Origin: Zymomonas mobilis subsp. mobilis ATCC 10988
GTDB taxonomy: Bacteria > Pseudomonadota > Alphaproteobacteria > Sphingomonadales > Sphingomonadaceae
Direction: 5' to 3'
Length of the DNA: 32,000 bases
NCBI RefSeq assembly: GCF_000175255.2
Contig: NC_017262.1
Span: 420,001-452,000 of the forward strand
A model generated the notes under the pieces. It made no database searches and had not been told where the DNA came from. It saw only the letters and a list, made by a program, of their open reading frames with translations. The translations under genes were made by a program, and so were the position numbers. This document shows positions 28,662-32,000 of the stretch, in pieces; position 1 is the first letter of the stretch, and the number at the start of each line of letters is the position of its first letter.

Positions 28662-29840
28662 TTGGAAAAAAATGTGGAAACGACGGACGAAGAATTTCAG
28701 AAGCCTTTTGACAGATATTATTCTGCTGCCATAGATTTTTTGAAAAAATCATGGAAAGAACATAGGAATTTCATAATAATCGTTATTTTTCCTCTTTTGT
28801 TCCTTTCTTTTTATTACTCGCTGATTGCCTCTGATCAATATGAGTCCGAGGCTCATTTTGTCGTCCGCTCTGATGGTCAAAATGCGATGCCAGCCACTGG
28901 TCTTAGTCAAATGATGGGTGCATTAGGAAGTTCGGGTGGAAGTCAGACTGAAGGTGTCAGTGTCAATGACTATCTGCAATCTCATGACGTCATCGCAAAA
29001 CTTCAATCACAATTAAACCTTGTGGAGATGTTCAGAAGACCTGAGGCCGATATTTTTAGCCGCTTATGGTTTGCTAATCCAACACCCGAAATGCTGTTAA
29101 AATATTATTTAAATCATGTTAAAGTAAAATATGAGACCGAAACCGGCATTACGAATGTCAAAGTTCGAGCCTTTCGCCCGAAGGATGCCTATATTTTAGC
29201 TGAAACTCTCCTCAAATTAGGCGAAGAGCGGGTTAACGACATGAATAAACGTCGTTACGAAAGTGCTGTTGGGGTTGCTAAAAATCAGTTAGAACAAGCT
29301 GAAGATAAGATTGCAGAAATACAATTAGCTATTACCCATTTCAGACGCGGTGATCAGGATTTAGATCCACGGATTACTGGCGAAACTCAAATTAAATTGG
29401 TCTCTCAGCTTACGGCTCAATTAGCACAGGCTCGAGCACAGCTTGATTCTATGAAAGAAACTATTTCACCCGATAGTCCTCAATATATTGCTCAGAAAAG
29501 ACAGGTCGCGTCTTTAGAATCCGTTGTTAATAAGCAAAAAAGCCTGATGACTAATGGTCGGACTTCTATGGTGACGGGATTGGGCTCATACGAAGAACTT
29601 CGTATCCGCCAAGAATTTGCCGCCAAACGCTATGAATCAGCTGCAGCCTCTCTTGTAAAAGCGAGTGAAACTGCAATGCGGCAAAAATTATTTATCATCC
29701 GCGTCGTTGAACCCAATATGCCGGTTAAATCAACCTACCCTAAACCCATTGTAACAATAGCCGGAACGGCTCTTGTGCTGATGCTGGTTTATGCCATTGG
29801 TTGGCTAATTATTGCTGGAACAAGGGAACACGCTGCTTAA
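28662..29840 (+). CDS. KpsE/CtrB/RkpR-like capsule export inner-membrane protein (polysaccharide co-polymerase-like)
   Basis: 392 aa ORF with an N-terminal TM (FIIIVIFPLLFLSFYYSLIASDQYESEAHFVVRS), a coiled-coil central region, and C-terminal LFIIRVVEPNMPVKSTYPKPIVTIAGTALVLMLVYAIGWLI. Start uncertain: TTG 28662 or in-frame GTG 28674. Confidence 0.88.
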   Translation: MEKNVETTDEEFQKPFDRYYSAAIDFLKKSWKEHRNFIIIVIFPLLFLSFYYSLIASDQYESEAHFVVRSDGQNAMPATGLSQMMGALGSSGGSQTEGVSVNDYLQSHDVIAKLQSQLNLVEMFRRPEADIFSRLWFANPTPEMLLKYYLNHVKVKYETETGITNVKVRAFRPKDAYILAETLLKLGEERVNDMNKRRYESAVGVAKNQLEQAEDKIAEIQLAITHFRRGDQDLDPRITGETQIKLVSQLTAQLAQARAQLDSMKETISPDSPQYIAQKRQVASLESVVNKQKSLMTNGRTSMVTGLGSYEELRIRQEFAAKRYESAAASLVKASETAMRQKLFIIRVVEPNMPVKSTYPKPIVTIAGTALVLMLVYAIGWLIIAGTREHAA

Positions 29841-29851
29841 AATAGTCTTAT

Positions 29852-29875
29852 CAAGCCAGCTTTAAAGCTGGCTTG
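29852..29875. terminator. Perfect inverted repeat downstream of the KpsE-like gene
   Basis: CAAGCCAGCTTTAAAGCTGGCTTG, a 24-nt perfect palindrome 12 nt past the stop codon. It lacks a T-tract, so its terminator role is tentative. Confidence 0.4.
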
Positions 29876-30053
29876 ACATTCTAATTCTGTAGCTAAAAAT
29901 AATTAGGAGTCCGAACTAAGATATAAGAGCCACAGAAATAAATCTATCTTATACATTTCTATAGAAAGACAGCGCCACAGGTTATTGCTTTTACAAAAAG
30001 CAACAAGGCAAGCCTGAAATTAATTGTCCAAGAAAAAACTGCAGTAAGAATTA

Positions 30054-30130
<77 letters not shown>

Positions 30131-30227
30131 AAAGCAGTGCAAGAGCCTTTAGCAAAGCCAGTCAGTGACGACTAGCCCTTATCTTGTTTTTAATGATAAT
30201 TTTTTTTGATCACTGCATATGACAGAC

Positions 30228-30257
30228 AAAAAAAGGTAGATCACTTCTACTTTTTTT
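30228..30257 (-). terminator. Terminator-like hairpin downstream of opgH
   Basis: AAAAAAAGGTAGA-TCACT-TCTACTTTTTTT, a short stem with a T tract in the minus-strand reading. Confidence 0.65.
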
Positions 30258-30290
30258 GCCTATCTTGCGGTTAAAAAATTTCATTATCGA

Positions 30291-31988
30291 CTATACCGGA
30301 TTTTCTACCGGAAAAGACCCTGCCCCCGACTGCTTTTTGGCATTGGAATAAGCCTGTGGCGGCATATTAGAAGCGGCTTTAATTGTCGCATGAACGATAC
30401 CGCTTTCTTTCTGGGATTCCAATGTACCATCCTGTCGATGCTCTTCCGGCGTCACAAAGATTCCGATTGAAGCCAAAGCTTTTCCCATGGAAGAATAAGA
30501 AGTTACATAGGCCGTCACTGGAGCCAATACCAAACCCAACGCGACCATTAACAGCCATGTCAAAGCCCCGCCGCCGATAAAAGCCAATAAAGTAAAGACA
30601 AGACCCACCACAACATGAGGACGATAATAATGGAAAGCTTCTGAAAAGCTTATGCCATCAACGTCTCGTCTTTGCGTGTTCCATCCGCTGGGTCGGCCAC
30701 GCAGAATGTCAATGAAAGTTAAAGTCTGGGTCACCATCAGGATGGGAGCAATAAAGGCAGATAAAGGTATTTCAATAACGACACTTGCCAAAATACCGCT
30801 CAAACCACCCAAGGTTTTCGCCCGTCTTTTGTCCATCAACGCCCATATAACCGCCAAAATTTTAGCACCAAACAGACAGATAATCGTCAGGACAAGGAGC
30901 CATGTTGATGGAGGTAAGCTAAGATTAGCGCTTCCCCGTCCAAAATGATGCATAAGGGTCGCGAGCAAGAGGAAAAGCCATAAAGTCGAAGTCGTATAAG
31001 AGGTAACACCAATCAATAGCTGCAAGCGATTAATCCAATGTAATCCTTTAATATCCAACAAGCGTACATGCTGTAAATTGCCTTGGCACCAACGGCGGTC
31101 TCGAATAGCGCTATCGACTAATGTCGGAGGATATTCTTCATAGCTGCCTTCTGCCATAATTGTATGCACGGCCCAACCATTCCGCCGTAGCAATGTCGCT
31201 TCCAGAACGTCATGACTCATAATATTACCGCCAAAAGGTTCTTTACCGGAAAGCTTTGGCAAGCCACAGCTTTCTGCAAAAGCCTTCACGCGAATAATAG
31301 CGTTATGTCCCCAAAAACTGGCTTCCGATCCAGACCACCAGACCAATCCAGCACTCGCCAGAGGGCCATATAGCCTTGCAGAAAATTGCTGCCATCTAGC
31401 AAAAAAGGTCTGCCCATTCACAGGCATAGGAACCGTCTGTAACAGAGCGACCCCTTTGTCTCTATCCATGCTAGCAGCCATACGGGCGATTGTTTCACCC
31501 GACATCAGACTATCGGCATCCAATACCAGCATATAATCGTATCCGCTGCCGAAATGATGAATCCAGTCAGAAATATTACCTGGTTTTCGGGCGATATTCT
31601 TTTCGCGACGGCGATACCATACCGGAATTTTTATTTCATCTTTCAGCTTCTGATAGGCTGCGAATTCAGTCAATTCGTTGACTATTTTTGAATCGCTTAA
31701 AATAAAAAATTCAAAATTTTGACTATATCCAGTCTCTACCAGCGATTGCGCCATCACCTTCAGGCGCAAATAAACCATATCAACATCTTCATTATAGATG
31801 GGCATCAATATGGCCGTTTTACCGCGCGGAGCAACTGAAGCTGGCGGCATTTGATAATCGGAAGAGGCTTTGCCTCGTATCAATTGGGTAAAACCAATCA
31901 AAGATCCTAGAAAACCAAAAACCAGCCATGTAAATAAAGGAGAAAAGAGAATGAATATCAGAAATTCACTCAGACTTATGCCTTGCAC
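30291..31988 (-). CDS. opgH: Glucans biosynthesis glucosyltransferase MdoH/OpgH, 5' end probably outside the window
   Basis: ORF with TAILMPIYNEDVDMVYLRLKVMAQSLVETG, FFILSDSK, WYRRREKNIARKPGNISDW, YMLVLDADSLMSG and RDRRWCQGNLQHVRLL, followed by C-terminal TM segments. The in-window ATG sits inside a transmembrane-like region 12 nt from the window edge. Confidence 0.93.
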   Translation of the reverse strand: MQGISLSEFLIFILFSPLFTWLVFGFLGSLIGFTQLIRGKASSDYQMPPASVAPRGKTAILMPIYNEDVDMVYLRLKVMAQSLVETGYSQNFEFFILSDSKIVNELTEFAAYQKLKDEIKIPVWYRRREKNIARKPGNISDWIHHFGSGYDYMLVLDADSLMSGETIARMAASMDRDKGVALLQTVPMPVNGQTFFARWQQFSARLYGPLASAGLVWWSGSEASFWGHNAIIRVKAFAESCGLPKLSGKEPFGGNIMSHDVLEATLLRRNGWAVHTIMAEGSYEEYPPTLVDSAIRDRRWCQGNLQHVRLLDIKGLHWINRLQLLIGVTSYTTSTLWLFLLLATLMHHFGRGSANLSLPPSTWLLVLTIICLFGAKILAVIWALMDKRRAKTLGGLSGILASVVIEIPLSAFIAPILMVTQTLTFIDILRGRPSGWNTQRRDVDGISFSEAFHYYRPHVVVGLVFTLLAFIGGGALTWLLMVALGLVLAPVTAYVTSYSSMGKALASIGIFVTPEEHRQDGTLESQKESGIVHATIKAASNMPPQAYSNAKKQSGAGSFPVENPV

Positions 31989-32000
31989 CGATTCGGCAAT

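Overview
This 32 kb window is mostly ordinary housekeeping DNA with one clear mobile-element scar. The protein content looks like an alphaproteobacterium of the Zymomonas / sphingomonad type; that assignment is from memory, not a search. In order, it contains:
- a proline-rich small lipoprotein, possibly an o-spanin
- a P1-family peptidase
- aat, then a DUF2155 protein and an MlaD-family protein
- a tandem cold-shock-domain protein
- secA and argJ
- an ASCH-domain protein, an exported protein of unknown function, and a MliC-like protein
- a large beta-propeller / Y_Y_Y / GGDEF sensor gene split by an 847-bp IS5-family element
- a catalase and an NPD-family flavin oxidoreductase
- a copA-copZ pair, folD and ilvE
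- a DUF885 protein
- a capsule/exopolysaccharide export cluster (OPX protein, ABC ATPase, glycosyltransferase, KpsE/CtrB-like protein)
- tRNA-Arg(CCG) and opgH (5' end outside the window)

The best-supported unusual observation is the insertion. The IS has 16-bp terminal inverted repeats with one mismatch and a CTAG target duplication. Removing the IS plus one CTAG restores a single in-frame ORF of about 1008 codons through the Y_Y_Y domain. The transposase appears to be read through a -1 frameshift at AAAAGGGGG. I found no convincing evidence of a new defence or other novel multi-gene system, and no CRISPR array.
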